From Salpingoeca rosetta (taxonomy: Eukaryota; Protista; Choanoflagellata), in assembly GCA_033442325.1 (NCBI GenBank), contig JAWQFM010000001.1, positions 1,046,779 through 1,110,778 on the forward strand: a stretch of DNA of 64,000 nt. The letters are read 5' to 3'. Under the pieces are notes generated by a model, which was not told where the DNA came from, ran no database searches, and saw only the letters and a program-made list of their open reading frames with translations. Shown here in pieces: positions 1 to 14,898 of the stretch. Each line of letters begins with the position of its first letter. Positions within the stretch are counted from its first letter, which is position 1. Both the position numbers and the translations under genes were made by a program.

Positions 1-1646
1 CATGAGTTTCCTGGCGCAGCTGAACCGGCGCTCGTACAACTCGATGAAGCACCTCATTGACTCCACCCTCCTCAAGAGCGACCGCGGAGACAAGCAGGTG
101 AAGCGCTTGGCCATGCAACTGGAGCAGCTTCCCCCGCGCCCAAAGCACGCCAGCCACGTCTCGTACGGGTCGTACTGGCTGCCAACCGGCGACCAGGAGC
201 CAACCCAGCCAGCCAACTACATTGTCACGCCAACCATCGAGCAGCAGCTGCGCGACGTCGTGCGCGTCGTTGCCTCGGGCAAGTTCCCCATCCTGCTGCA
301 GGGCCCAACAAGCAGCGGCAAGACCAGCATGGTCAGCTACCTGGCGCAGCTGACCGGCCACAAGCTCGTGCGCATCAACAACCACGAGCACACCGATATC
401 CAAGAGTACCTGGGCTCGTACATTGCAGACGAGCACGGGAAGCTTGCCTTCCAGCCGGGCGTGCTGGTGCAGGCCGTGCGACAGGGCCACTGGATTGTCC
501 TTGACGAGCTCAACCTGGCGCCCACGGACGTGCTGGAGGCATTGAACCGCCTGCTCGACGACAACCGCGAGCTGTACATCCCGGAAACGCAGGAGACGGT
601 GCGCGCGCACCCAAACTTCATGCTGTTTGCGACGCAGAACCCACCGGGTATGTACGGCGGACGCAAGGCGCTCTCGCGCGCGTTCCGCAACCGCTTTGTT
701 GAGATCCACTTTAGTGAAATCCCGCACAAGGAGCTGGAGGAGATTCTCAGCAAGCGCTCGCACATCCCAAGCAGCCGCGCCAAGCTACTGGTGAAGATCA
801 TGCACCAGCTCCAGAAGCGCAGGCAGGCCACAAACCTGTTTGCAGGCAAGGACGGCTTCATCACCCTGCGCGACCTCTTCCGATGGGCAGAGCGCTACCA
901 GCGCACGCGGCCTGACTCTGGCAACGCGCAGCAGCTGGAGAGTGCACGGCGCATGGATGCACCCGCCAACCCGGACCTGAAGCGCGCCAAGCTGTCAACG
1001 CCCACCGCTGCGGGCGCCAAGGCAGCCGGTGCTGACGACAAGGTCACACGCGACTTTTACGACGACTTGCAGGTGCTGGCCAACGATGGCTACATGCTGC
1101 TGGCAGAGCGCGTACGTCGGGACGACGAGAAGCAAGTCGTGCGCGAGTGCATCGAGGGTGTTCTCAAGCGAACCGTGGACGTGAGCGCTCTGTACGAGTG
1201 CACGCACAGCCCACTGTTTGCCCGCGCACAGGCTGCACTGGCTGAGGCGCGCGATGACCCGGCCCACCCGCTGCACATGTTCCGCGACGTGGTGTGGACG
1301 CGTGGCATGAAGCGCCTCTTCTGCCTCGTGGAGCGCTGCCTGCAAGTCAACGAGCCTGTGCTGCTGGTGGGCGACACCGGCTGCGGCAAAACGACGGTGT
1401 GCCAGATCCTCACCACTCTGCTCGGCCAGCCGCTGCACATCATCAACTGCCATCAGAACACAGAGACATCCGACTTTCTCGGTGGTCTGCGGCCCGCACG
1501 CAAGGCCTCTTCCGAGGAAACCCAGTCAGATGCCCAGACCAACGCTGCTCAGGCCTCAGAGCAAGCATCCACAGCCTCCACGCAACAGCCGCAACAGCAG
1601 CAGGAGGATAAGGAACAGCAGGAGGAGAAGCAGGAGCAACAGCAGC

Positions 1647-1744
<98 letters not shown>

Positions 1745-1791
1745 CTACAACGACAACAACAACAGGAGCAACAACAACAACAACTACAACT

Positions 1792-1854
<63 letters not shown>

Positions 1855-4800
1855 GGAGCAACAACAGCAGGTGTCCACAGCCACGGACAAAGACGAGGTG
1901 ATGGTGATGATGAAGAAGAACAAGAAGATGAACAAAGGTGGCAAGCGCAAGGCTGGTGTCGCTGAATCTGATGCGGTAGCCACGGACGAGACAGCACCAG
2001 CGACAACCGTGCAGCAAGAAGACAAGCCCAGCACAACCCCCGAACAAGCAGGGGAGGCATCTGCCCAAGCCAGCAGCAAGAAGAAGCGCCGCTCGAGGAA
2101 GAAGGGAAAGCGAGCCAAGCAGCAGGAGCAGCACAATGATGCTGACGCTGAGACGAACGAAACAGCAGCGGACCAGCAGAACCCCTCCTCTGCTGCTCCT
2201 TCACCTCAGAAGAAGACAAAGAAGCACAAGCAACAACAGCAACAGCAGCAGCCAGAGAAGGTCAAGTTGTTTGAGTGGTGCGATGGCCCGCTGGTGCAGG
2301 CCATGAAGGCGGGTCACGGGCTGTTGATCGATGAGATCTCGCTTGCTGACGACTCCGTGCTCGAGCGCCTGAACAGTGTGCTGGAGCCGAGCCGCGAGCT
2401 GCTTCTCGCCGAGAAGGGCGGCGTGCACCCCGAACACATCCGCGCGCACAACGAGTTCCACATCATGGCCACCATGAACCCTGGCGGTGACTTTGGAAAG
2501 AAGGAGCTGTCACCCGCACTTCGCAACCGCTTCACGGAGATTTGGGTCGCCGCCGTCACGGACGAGCACGATCTGCAAGCAATTGTGTCGCATGCGCTGC
2601 GTGCACCGGAGCTGCAGCGGTTTACGCTGCCCATCATCCAGTTCCCCACGTGGCTCAAGCAGCACGAACGGTTTGCCGCCGCCATCTCGCTTCGTGACCA
2701 CTTGGCGTGGGCGCGCTTTGTGCGTGCGTGCAGCGAAACCATGTCGCCGGCCGCTGCGTTTGTGCACGGCGGCTGCCTCGTGTACATTGACGGGCTTGGC
2801 ATCTCTGCTGGTGGGTTTGGAAACCCCGTGGGCGCCCGGAAGCGCTGCGTGGAGCAACTCCTCTCGTATCTGTCGCCAGAGGAACGGGAGGCTGTGCGTA
2901 GCCAGGGCGTTGACGATGGCACATTCGTTCCAAAGCTCTCCTCACGGCAGACTGCCAACACCGCTGACACTACTGCTGCTGCTGCTGCTGCTGCTGGAGA
3001 CACTGCTGCGAGTGATCACGATCATGTTGATGACGGTGATGATGGTGATAGTGACAAGACAACTGGTGAAGGTGACACGAACGAAAGTCCTCATGCCGAT
3101 GACCACGACGCCAGCTCCCTGTCAAGGCAGGGCTGGTTCGGCATGGAGCCGTTCTTCATCAAGTGCGGCTCCAACAAGGTTGAGGAAACCAGCTTCACAC
3201 TCAACGCACCCACCACCGCACAGAACATGTTCCGCGTGCTGCGCGCCATGCAAGCTGGCAAGGCCATCCTGCTGGAAGGCTCCCCTGGCGTGGGTAAGAC
3301 GTCGCTTGTGATTGCGCTTGCACGCGCCACGGGACACCACGTCGAGCGCATCAACCTCTCTGAGCAGACGGATGTGTCGGACCTGTTTGGTGCTGATCTT
3401 CCCGTAGAGGGAAAGGCGGGCGAGTTTGCGTGGCGCGATGGCCCGCTGCTGCGCGCGCTGCGCCGCGGCGACTGGGTTGTACTTGACGAGCTCAACCTGG
3501 CCTCGCAGTCTGTACTGGAGGGCCTCAACGCATGCCTGGATCACCGTGGTGAGGTGTTCATTCCAGAGCTCAACCGCACGTTCAAGTGCGACCCGCAAAA
3601 CTTCAAGCTGTTTTCCTGCCAGAACCCCGTGCGCCAGGGCGGCGGCCGCAAGGGCCTGCCCCTTTCCTTCCTCAACCGCTTCACGCAGGTGCATGTTGAC
3701 GTGCTGTCCCCAGAGGACATGCTGTCGATTGTGTCCTCGCGGTTCCCGCGCGTCCCCGAGCCCGTGCTGCAGGCCATGATCACCTTCAACAGCAGCGTGC
3801 GCGGGCGGCAGCAGCGCGCCCTGGCCAAGGCCCAGGGCACCGACGTGAACCTGCGTGACGTGTTCCGCTGGTGCGAGGCCATGACAGCTCTGCAGCACGA
3901 GGACAGCTACGACCCGCGCCAGTTTGTGCCCGTCATCTACGGTGGACAGCTGCCGGAGAGCGGGATCATGACTGGCCAGGGCGGTGCTGCCGCAGCGGCG
4001 TCGAAGAAGTGGCGCGATCACCTCTGTGTTCTCAGCACAGAGCTGCTTGATCCTGTTTTGCTGCCGTCCCCAGAAGGCAACACAGGCCACAAGCAGAAGC
4101 GACATGGCGCTGCTGGTGGTGAGGAAACTGCTGCCAACAGCCTGTGGACATCGCCCTCTCCCTCCCGCACGCTGTTCGAGTATCCACGAACGATGATGGT
4201 TGACGATGCCTGCGTGGTTGTTGGCCGCGCAAAGCTTCCGCGCCGTCGCCAGGCGCTGATGCTGCCGCCGGGCGCCGTGGCCGCTGACGAACTCATGGAC
4301 ACCTTCGACTTGCTTCCCCAGCAGTACGCGGGCCTGGAAGCGCTTGCCGTTGGCCTGCAGATGGGGTGGATGGTGAATCTCTCCGGCCCAGCCGCCTGCG
4401 GCAAGACGCAGATGGTGCGCATGCTCGCCAGCCTGACAGGCAACACGCTGTGCGAGTTTGCCATGAACTCCTCCATCGATACGCTCGAGCTTCTGGGCGG
4501 GTTTGAGCAGCTGGACATGGAGCAGCACCGCAACGAGCTCATGCTCTCCGCACGCAACCTGCTGCACGCTGCCTGCGACGCCGTCGTGCAGGTGTACACC
4601 ACAATTGACGGCAACGCCGACACGCAGCGGCTCGTGCAGGCACTCACGCGTCTGCATTCCTCATGGCGGTGCCTGATTGCCCGCAACGGATTTGTTGGGC
4701 AGAAGGCGCGCCAGGCCCATGGCACCAACGTGGATGTGGAGCAAGTTCGCAGCCTCCTCCACGTGGTGCAGCAAGAAGCAGCCACGCTGCGGTCCACGGC

Positions 4801-7800
4801 TGGGTCCACAAGAGCCGGTGATGGTGTTGTGGACGCGGCGCTTGAGCTGTTGGACGAAAGCATCACCACCGTCATTGAATGCCTCAACCGCGTTCAAGAC
4901 CTCGTTTCTCATCGCACAGAAGGTGCGTGTGTGTGTGTGTGCACGTGTGTGTGTGTGCACGTGTGTGTGTGTGTGTGCACGTGTGTGTGTGTGTACGTTT
5001 GTATGTGCGTGTGTATGTGTGTGTTTGTGTCAACCTTGACATTTGCCTGCATGCACGATCTGCCGTCGGCATTTGCTTGCGCATGTACATGTGCATGTAT
5101 GTGATATGTTCTCTGCGTCTTCGTGGCTTTGCTGTGACATTTCCTCTCGCGCAACCCCCATTGATTCATCCCAATTGTATCCCAACACATATCCCCTCCC
5201 CCTCCCTTTCTTCCCTTGCTGCATAGGCATGTTCACGTGGCGCAACGGCTTGCTGGTGGAGGCATTGATGAAAGGGCACTGGCTGCTGATTGATAACGTC
5301 AACTTTTGCTCGCCGTCCGTGCTCGATCGCCTGAACGGTTTGCTGGAGCCCAAGGGCGTGCTCATTGTCAGCGAGCGCGGCGTGATTGATGGCCAGATCC
5401 CCGTCATCAAGCCGCATCCAAATTTCAGGCTCATTCTCACCATGGACCCGCGCCACGGCCAGCTTTCTCCCGCCATGAGGTTTGTTCGCATGCAAGTTTG
5501 TCAGCCTTCACCAGTGCACCAAATGCACACACACGCGCACGCGCACACACGCACTGCACGCACGCACACACACACACACGCACACACGCGTACACACACA
5601 CGCACACATACACAAGCCAAGCCCTTCACACGCTCTGCCACTGATGTTCACCCGTATTCTGGCTTACCTCCCTCCCCCATTGCATCGCGTTGTTGAATTG
5701 GTGCTTGTCAGGAACCGAGGCATTCAGGTGTGCTGTCACTTGGACTTGGCCACGAGCGATGACTACGTGAAGCTGGCGCGCTCTGCGGGCTTGCACCACG
5801 AGCAAGGCATCCGCCGTCTGTCTGCTTTTGCACAGCACATTGGTGGCAAAGGGCACTACAAGACCTACGCAGTCACCCACTACGTGCACGCCGCCACCGT
5901 TGCTGCTGCCTTGCTGCGCCACGGTGCCACGCTGCACGAGAGCTTACAGCTTGCCATTGCACAGACATATGACGACGTGAGTCCATCCACGGTTGCCCTG
6001 TTTGCTGGCGGCGATCTCGCCAAACCCGCCTCAGCAGATGCAACAAAAACAGCAGCGACGGAAGCCTCGTCCCCCTTTGCATCCCCCGATTACACCCTGA
6101 TCAGCGCCACCGTACGCGATGCCGCGCTGTTCCAGTGCATGCGCGTCGTTGCCACGTTCTTCCAGCAGCCGGCCACCAGGCGCTGGCTTGCAACCGCTGC
6201 CGCTGGCAGTGGTGCAGGAAGTCAGCATGCGCAATCACACGTGGCCGAGTACTCGTGGTTGAATGCGTCCGCCATGCGCAAGTCAACCACGTCTGCGAAG
6301 CGCCTGTCCTCGCTGGCATCGTTGCTCACGGCAACAGCAGACCCAGCGCTGGTTGCCGCGCTCAACGCGTTCGCGGCGTGGATTGGGCACGCCGATGTGC
6401 AAGCTCTGGAGACGGCCCTGGCACAATTTCCATTCTCCAGCAACGCCAAGGAGCACGTCATTCTCCCTGCCCTCGTTGCTCTTCGGCAAGAGCTGCAGAA
6501 AGCAAATGCGGTCAGCGCCGAGGTGAACACGCCGCTGCAGCAGTTCACGACAGACGGTGGCCTGGTGGATGTGCGGCCAGCTTGGCTGTCATACCTGCAA
6601 CATGTACTGTCGCAGGCGGATGCAAAAGGCATTCAGACAACGCTGGCCCGCTCCGCGTTCGCTGCGGCTGTGCAATCGTCGCTGTCTGCGCTGCAAGCGA
6701 ACCAGCGCATCTTCCTGCAAATGTCCAACGGTATTGCCTTGCGAGACCTGCGTCTGGCCCAGCTGCCTTGGCTGCTGCAGTGCCGCTTGTACGCCAGCAA
6801 GAACCTCAACCGCAGCCGCCTCAGCCACGCATGTGTGCCCTACCTGCAGCAGCTGCTGGACACCGTCGACACTCGCTTCCACGAGGTGCTCTGCGCCCTC
6901 ATGGCCGACACTCCCAAGGACCACGAAGGCCAGGTCGCCGACAGCACACACACTGATGTCGCTGCCTCAAACACTGCTGACGCCAAGAGCATCAGCACGG
7001 CTGAATTGACTTGGGCCGTGATGCAAGCTGTGCTGCTGCGTGCGCGCTTGTTTGCGGCGGTCACCCAGGCAGGCGACGTGGACATTGCATGCGACACCAG
7101 TGCAGACGAGGAGGAGTCCAATGTGCAGGTGAAGCAGGAGGTGGGTGCTGAGGATGGGGATGACCTCCTGTTCCTGAGATGCTCTCGCCGGGAGGTCGTG
7201 GCGTCCACATGGGCCGATCTGCACCACAGCCTGCGTGATGCCAGTGCTCTCGTCTGCCTCGACACCTCTCCTGCATCGGAAGCCCTAAACGCGAGCGCGT
7301 ATGCTTCCCTTGCAGAGAAGATGCACGCAAGCCTTGGGCTCAGCACCGAGGTGGACGGCGACAGCATGTTTGCGACCCTGTTCTTGTCCCAGCCATTCCA
7401 CAGCAAACGCTGCTTTGACACGCACGCAGCCCTGCAGCAGGCTGCGCGCTTGAGCAGTGCGGTTGATACGGTCGCTGCACGCACGACAGACCACACCTTT
7501 GCGCTCCACAGCTTGCTGGACACGGACGCCGCGTTTGCCATCACGGCAAAAGAGCGCAAGATGCTCATTGATGCGCTGGCGACGCTGCCCAGCGTGGACC
7601 GGCAGGATCCCGCCATCTACCGCACACTCGACAGCCACTTCCGGCAGGCACTCACGCAAGACGCCTCGGCAAATGACGATGCCGGTGCTGATGATGCCAG
7701 TGCACGCGGTGCTGCACTGGGCCACGCAGGCGCGCGTGCGGATGCCACGTCGGCCTCGGTGCTCTCCGCACTTGAGGAAGTGCCCGGTGCGATCCAGGCG

Positions 7801-8863
7801 ATCGCAGACAAGGCGCAGCCGCCAGCGACGACCGTTTACCGCCGCTGCTTCGATGCGCAGCTGTGGCCTGTCGGCGACTTGATTCACGCACACGACACCC
7901 ACCGCGCGCTCGCCGACCTTGCAACAGCGCTTCAGGCAAACCCAGCCCTCGTTGGGGCACTGACAAACGCCGCAAGCAGCGAGGAAGCAACAACAAGCAG
8001 TGATGGCAGCAGTGGCAACCCTGAGGTCATTACTGCCATGTACCACCTTGCTGCGCGGCTGGAAGAGCAACGCGGGCCATCGCACAGCATCAGTCTCGCA
8101 GCCAAAACCCAGCAGCTTCTGTGGCTGCTTGGCACCGTCGCTTCCCAGCATGCCAGAGGGAGCGAGAACAGTGCCCATCCTGGTACCAGCACCAATGCCA
8201 ACGGCGATGCCAAGGGTGACGGTGACGATGGAAAGCAAGAGCGGCTGCGCGGCTTGCTGCGTGGATCCCTGCTGTTCACGCTTGGCGAGGCCCTTCACGC
8301 CCTGTGCCACAACACGGCCCAGCACATGCCTGGACCCGACGCACCGCCCCCGCCGTTTGCGCTCGCCGTGCCTGTGCCGGAAGAGGAGGCCGATGCTGCG
8401 GCCATGGAGGAAGCCAGTGTTGACGGCACGGCTGTCCGCGGGCCCCGCAGCGTGCATGTGCCCAGGAAGAGGAAGGAGATGGATGAAGCGCAGGCTGGCG
8501 CAGAGCAACAGCAGGAGTGGGTTGAGGCGCGCGGCGCCGCGCTCCTGATGCGTGCCGGTGTCACTGCCCACATGATGTGGCTGAAAAACATGGGCGCCGT
8601 TCCCCTGGACGGCACCGAGGACAAGCTGTGGCAGCTGCAGGAGCTGAAGCGATTCCTCACCACCACGCACGTGCCCCCATCCAGCACAGCGGGGCGTCGC
8701 GCAGATGCGCAGCTGTGCGAGGGATACCGGTTCTTGCTGTGGGAGGCCACGCAGGGCGCGGGCGTGGATCTGCACCAGCTCACCCCAATCGCAGATGACC
8801 TCAGTGCTTCTCTCAGCCAGCCACTGGCCTCTGCCTCAAAAAGCGATTGCGCAACAGCAGACT

Positions 8864-8903
<40 letters not shown>

Positions 8904-11900
8904 TGTGCATGCGTCCGTGCAGACCGCACGCATGTGGGTGCAGCTGGGGTGCCTCGTCCTGGCGCTGGCCAAACCGCGCTCTTCCGTGGATAAGGTGACC
9001 AAGCAGGTGCTGCGCCTCGCCGACCTGAGCTGGATGCACCAGTTCCTGCAGGCGCGCCTCGCCACAGAGTCGGACTTTGGGCGTGCGTTCACGGACGGCG
9101 CTGACGCGTCTGTCTTTGCCGCGTGCCAGGAGGCTTCTGACTGGACACGACGGGTTCTCGCGTCCGCGCGTGAGTGCCTGAAGCAGGTGGTGTACCGGCC
9201 CGCACAGCAGCCATTTGCCAACCTGTTTGACGAGCTCACGGCACTGTACGAGGCGAGCGAGCACGGCGGCAAGCTGCTTGCGCTCTGCACCAAGCTGGCC
9301 CAGCTGGCTACATCGCCGGCAGCTTTCAAGAAGCGCGGCGCGTCCGCCTCCGCATCGGTGCAGGCCGTGCAGGAGGTGGAGCACTGGCGGGTGATGCTGT
9401 CGCAGCTGGCACGCCGCCTGCGCGTGGAGTACAGCGGCTTCCCAGATGTGGTACAGCCCGTGTGCTGTGCACTGTACATGGTGCTGCATGGCCTGACTGC
9501 GCTGCGCCACGACGTGGTGTGTGCCCGCGCTGCTGCTGCCGGGGAAATTGCGCCCGTGCATCGCGTGACAGGCGTCTTGCACGACTTGACGCGCCTCCCC
9601 TCCCACCCACGCGTCGCAGAGACGCTGTACTCGCTGCTTGACGTGGCCAGCATGTCGCGCCTCGTGCCTGCCACCCGTCCACAGCCCCGCGCGCGCATGG
9701 AGCGCACCTTGCTGCGGGCGGCGCTTGTGCTGCACCGCAACGCACTGGCCACCGCGTGGGGCACGGCCGCGCGCAGCGTTCACCCGCTCACATCGGACAC
9801 GCTGGCGCTGGCGGCCCCAAGCAGCTCGATGGACGGCTTCCTGCGCGTGCTCAACGTGGTGTGTACGCGGTGGACTGCGGCGATGAAGCGGCGACAGGAG
9901 GAGCAGGCAGAGAAGGAGCAGCTGTTCAAGTACCGCGCAAAGACGCACGAGATTCTGTCGAGCGAAGAGCAGGCGGAGCGCGAGCTGCAGCGCATGTTCC
10001 CCACATACTTCAAGGAGTATGCAGACCTCGACGACGTCGCCTTGGACGCGCTGGACGGCCGCGAGGCGAGCCTGCGCGACACGGGCGTTGACGCTGACGC
10101 TGAAGGTGAGGATGGCGACGGTGATGGGGACGGCGAGAACAAAGACGCCGTGGCTGCCGTTGCAAAGGACTCTCTTGCCGTTGTGGACGTGGAGCTGATG
10201 CGAGAGGCGGTGCACGCGCACAAGCAGGCCTTCCACCTTGGCCACCTGTACGACATCACCGTGGATATGAGCACGTCCCTGCTCAAGTCGCAGCGGCTCA
10301 AGTCTGACAAGACCATGAAGCAGGAGCTGGCTGCGCGGCGGGCAGAGCGGGTCCGCGCCCTTGACGTGGACGCAAGCGACCAGCTCGAAATGCTGCAGAC
10401 CCAGCACGCCATTGCCGTCGCTGTCTCTGCTCACAACGAGCACGTTGCCGGCGATGCGGATGCTGTGCTGTGGCCGCTGCACACGATCCAAGTGGCGCAC
10501 AAGCTGTCTCGATTCGGCACGGGCACAGGCGCCGGGGACGAGGCCAGCGTGGACCCGCTCGGCGACAGCGTTCGCGGTACCCACAGCATGCCGGACACGT
10601 ACGACTTTTATCGCCACCCGCACCCGAGCGAGGCGCGCATGGTGCGCCCCGTGCTGGCGCAGTTCCTGGCGCGGCTGCAGGCGCTGCTTGAGGAGTGGCC
10701 GGAGCATGCCGTGCTGCTGCAGCTGCAAGCACTCTCCCTGCGCATCCTGGAGTTCTCCCTCTCCGTGCCCTTGCCGAAAGTACTGACGGGGCTTGACCTG
10801 ATTCTGCGGCGCGCCGTTGACTGGGAGCAGGTGGCCAGCAAGCAGGTTTCGCTGCGTGCCGAGCTGGACGAGATCTCTGCGCTGGTAATTCGCTGGCGCA
10901 AGCTCGAGCTGCGGTACTGGCCGCGCCTGCTTCCGGGCATCTGGCAGGAGTTTGCCGACATTGCCGCCTCCCGCTGGTTTGGCCTGTATGGCACCCTGTC
11001 CAGCTTGCCAGCAGGCCTCATGGCATGCGTGCGCGCCCACCACCGCGTGCGTGCCGGCGAGGACATCAACACACTGGTTCGCGGCGCCAACACTGAGTCA
11101 GATGACAGCAAGCACAGCAGCGGCGGCGGCGGCGGCTCTGAAGGCGACAGCGGCGCTGCCACGTTTGCTTCGACGGCTGCCCGCACGGTGGGTGCTGTTC
11201 GAGAGGAGTGCGCGGAGCACGTGGCGAGCGTGCGCCAGACGCTCCATGCCTTCATGTCCGACAGCTGTACCCTGGGCGAGTACATGCAGCGGCTTGATCT
11301 GCTGTGGGCATTTGCCGGACAGCTGCAGGCGGCGCGCGTGTCTGCGGAGGAAGAGTATGGCGTGACGTATGAGGCCGCATGTGCGCACGGCAGCGCCTCT
11401 GCGGGGCCGTACGCCGCCATCATGGAGGCCAAGCGCAAGCGCGAGAAGGCGGAGAAGAAGAACAAGACGCAGGAGGAGAAGCGGTACTACACGGACGAGG
11501 ACGAGGCGAGGCGGCTCGGGCAGGTCGACCTGACGGAGGAGCAGGCGACGGCCGCCAGCGAGGCAGCTGCTGTGCTGTCCAACACCGTCAAGCACGTGGG
11601 CGTGCTGTATGTCGAGTTTATCGGCGCGCTGCACAGCGTCCTCTTCAACTTGAGCCAGTACTTTGCGCAGTTTGTGCCCTCTGTGGAGGAAGCCATTCGC
11701 ACGCGGCGCATTGAGCTGGAGAAGGAAGTGCGCAACTTCATCAAGCTGATCCGCTGGAAGGACACCAACTACGCGGCCATGAAGGACACGGCCGCCAAGA
11801 CGCATCGCGCGCTGCACAAGTTCATCCGCGCCTACAAGGAGGCTCTGATGGAGCCTGTGGGGCCTGTTCTCGGCGGCATCAAGACCGGCCTTGAGTTTCT

Positions 11901-14850
11901 GGAGTCGTCATATGCCATGACGACGCTTGCCGAGGCCAGCAGCCGCATGTGCACTGCAACGCGGGCTGCCATTACGGAACACGCCCAGCGCATTCGCGCA
12001 TCCTCTGCCGCACCGGCGATGGGTACGTCGCCAGACGCTTCTTCTGCTGCTGCTGCTGATGATGATGATGATGCCTCCTCCAATGCCACAGCACTGGTGG
12101 CACGCCCTGCGTGGCCGAGCAACGCGGCACACGCGCCTCCATCCGATGTGCAAGGCGTGCTGGAGATGGAGCAGCCAGCGCTGAGGGCGGCGCAGTTGGC
12201 GCTGAAGCGGCTACTGGGACCAGGCCGGCTGCAAGCGGTGGCCGCGGTGGACCGGCTGTGCAAGACGGTGATCGGCCGCGTGCAATCGCTGCAGGAGTGG
12301 GACCGCAACACTGTGAAGGAGCAGATGGAGGCGCTGCGCAAGAAGCACGAGAAGGAGGCCGAGGTTGAGAAGAAGAAGCGGCGGCGCATCCAGGTTGGCA
12401 AGTACGGTGGCGACAAGGAGGAGGAGGAGCAGGAGAAGGAGATCCAGGAGCAGTTTGAGCTGGACAAGAAGACAAAGGCCCGCATGCGCAAGCTGGGCAA
12501 GACCATGAAGCAGAGCGCGCTCTCAGATCTGCTGGGCACGCTAGGCAAGACGGGGCTTGCCGCCGGTGTGGGCAACGTGCGTGGTGCACAGGCACTTGCG
12601 TCGTGGCTGGAGACGAATCCGCTCGGCCGCACCAAGGCCAACTGGACGGACGTGCAGGAGCTGGAGGCAGAACACGGCCCGCTGGTTACATCTGTGCAGC
12701 GCTGTGGCGAGTACTTCTACCGCACGCTTGCCCGCCTCGAGGCCATGCACACGGCCTCGGACAAACCACACAAGGACATTGAGCTGTCGATGGTGCCAAA
12801 GTGCCGCGGGTTTGCGCTGGACCTGTTCCGCTTCTTGCTGGTGCAGCGTCGCACGGTGAGCGAGATGCTTGGCTCGCTCAACGCGCTCGACTGCGCAGCT
12901 CGACAGATGGCGTCCTGCGCGGGCGCTTCGCCTGACCAGCTGCACCAGGACACGCAGCAACAACAAGAATCCCAAGCGGTTCCTTCATCGGCTTCTTCAT
13001 CGTTGTCATCATCATCATCGTCGACATCATCGTCCGTTGCTTCATCCAAGCAGCCGGAGGAGGCCCGTCGGGTGCTGGGAACGCCAAAGGACGCGCGAGA
13101 CATGCTGCTCGTGGCGCAGACGGCGTGGATGTCCCTCCGCGACTTCGCTGCCCGCGTTCGCATGCTTGTGGATGCCGAGGCGCTGAGCTTGGACGCAAGC
13201 GTGCTGGCAGGCCTGGAGAAGGACGTTTCTGCCATGCACGAGCGTCTGCAGCAGGCCTTTGAACACGTGAATGCACACACGCTGGTAAACCGCCGGCTTC
13301 ACGTAGCGCGTGATGTTGGTGACGACAGCGCCAAGGACATGGAGGAGCAGCAGGACACCGCGGATGAGATGACAGACGACGTGAAACAGGGCGCCGCTGA
13401 CATCAGTGCCGGCCTCATTGACTTTGGCCTGGTGACGCTGTGTGCATCGCAGTGCCTGGCAGCGTCGCATCGATCCCTGACTGTTCTGGCTGAGCTGCCT
13501 GATTCCCCAATGCTGCGCGACGTTGTGCAAGACACGAGTGCCCTTGTGCAGGACTCTGTTGACTCACTGGAAAAGCAGCTGGCTACAGCCCTACTCAGGA
13601 AGCCCTCTGCAGCCGCCAGCGCCGCCGTGCCCACAGATGCGGCGACAGAGGAGGCATCGGCCACGGCAGTGCTCGAATTTGTCAAGGCGATGCTGCTGAG
13701 CATCCAGCGCTCCGTGAAGCGTGCTGCGGCAGAGAAGAGCGCATTCCAAGAGCAGGCTTCTTCTTCTTCTTCTTCCTCCTCCTCCTCCTCCTCCTCGTCT
13801 TCCACTGCTGCGCCATCAAGCAAGGGCAAGCAGGAGACGGAAACGAAGAATGATGAAGATGATGAAGATGATGACGAGGACGATGTTGAGCTGCAGCCGC
13901 GCCACTTTGTGCTCCTTGAGCGGGAGATTCGCGGCCTGTTTGACGGCTTGCGCACGAATCGCATTCTGTCCCGCTATGTGCGTGTGGCGGAGGTGCTTTC
14001 GCAGCAGCAGCGACTGTATGGCGAAACGGCGGTGGCTGCGGCGTCGCGTTGGCTCCAGTATTACCAGCCGCTCATTGCGCAGTTCAAGCTCATTGCGGAG
14101 GCGGTTGTTGCCGAGTACCTCGCCCTGCACAAGGCTACGAGCAAGCTGTGCTATGTGCTGTCTGGCATCTTTAAGGACCTCTTCACACGCGGCTACTGCG
14201 TGCCACCGGAGCTGGAGGACGACGAAGGCGAAGGCGGACACGAGGGCATGGAGCTCGAAGGCACAGGTGTGTCCCCTCTAGCGTTCGCTTTGTCTACATT
14301 GTGTTGTGTTGTGGTGTTGTTGTTTGTGTGTGTTGTGGTGTTGTTGCGTGTGTATGTGTTGTGTATGTGTGTGTGTGGTGTCTGCAACGCTTTCAAGTTG
14401 AATCGTAGTGAGCGTTTGGAGTGTGGCAGTGCTCACCAATCCTCTATATTGTTGTGTGCCTTGGATGTTGAATGCAGGCATGGGCGAAGGCTCCGGCAAG
14501 AAGGATGTCAGCAACGAAATTGAGAACGAAGAGCAAGTCCAAGGTCTCCAGAGCGATGAGCCTGAGCAGCCACCAGAAGGTTCGAAGAATGTGTTGCGTA
14601 GGTGTGTGTGTGTGTGCATGTAGGTGGGCGCATATTTGAGCTCTTGTTTCGTTGGCGTTGCTGCGTCGTCGTTCCCTTGCGTCGTGTCTGTTCCCAACCT
14701 AACGCACGAGTTTGATCATGTCATGCACGATTCACAGAGGGCGTTGACGAAGAAGAGGATGGTCTGGAGATGGAGAACGACTTTGAGGCAGAGATGTACG
14801 ATCGCGACCAACAGGACAACGAAGACAGCGACGATGAAGTCGACGACGAC

Positions 14851-14898
<48 letters not shown>

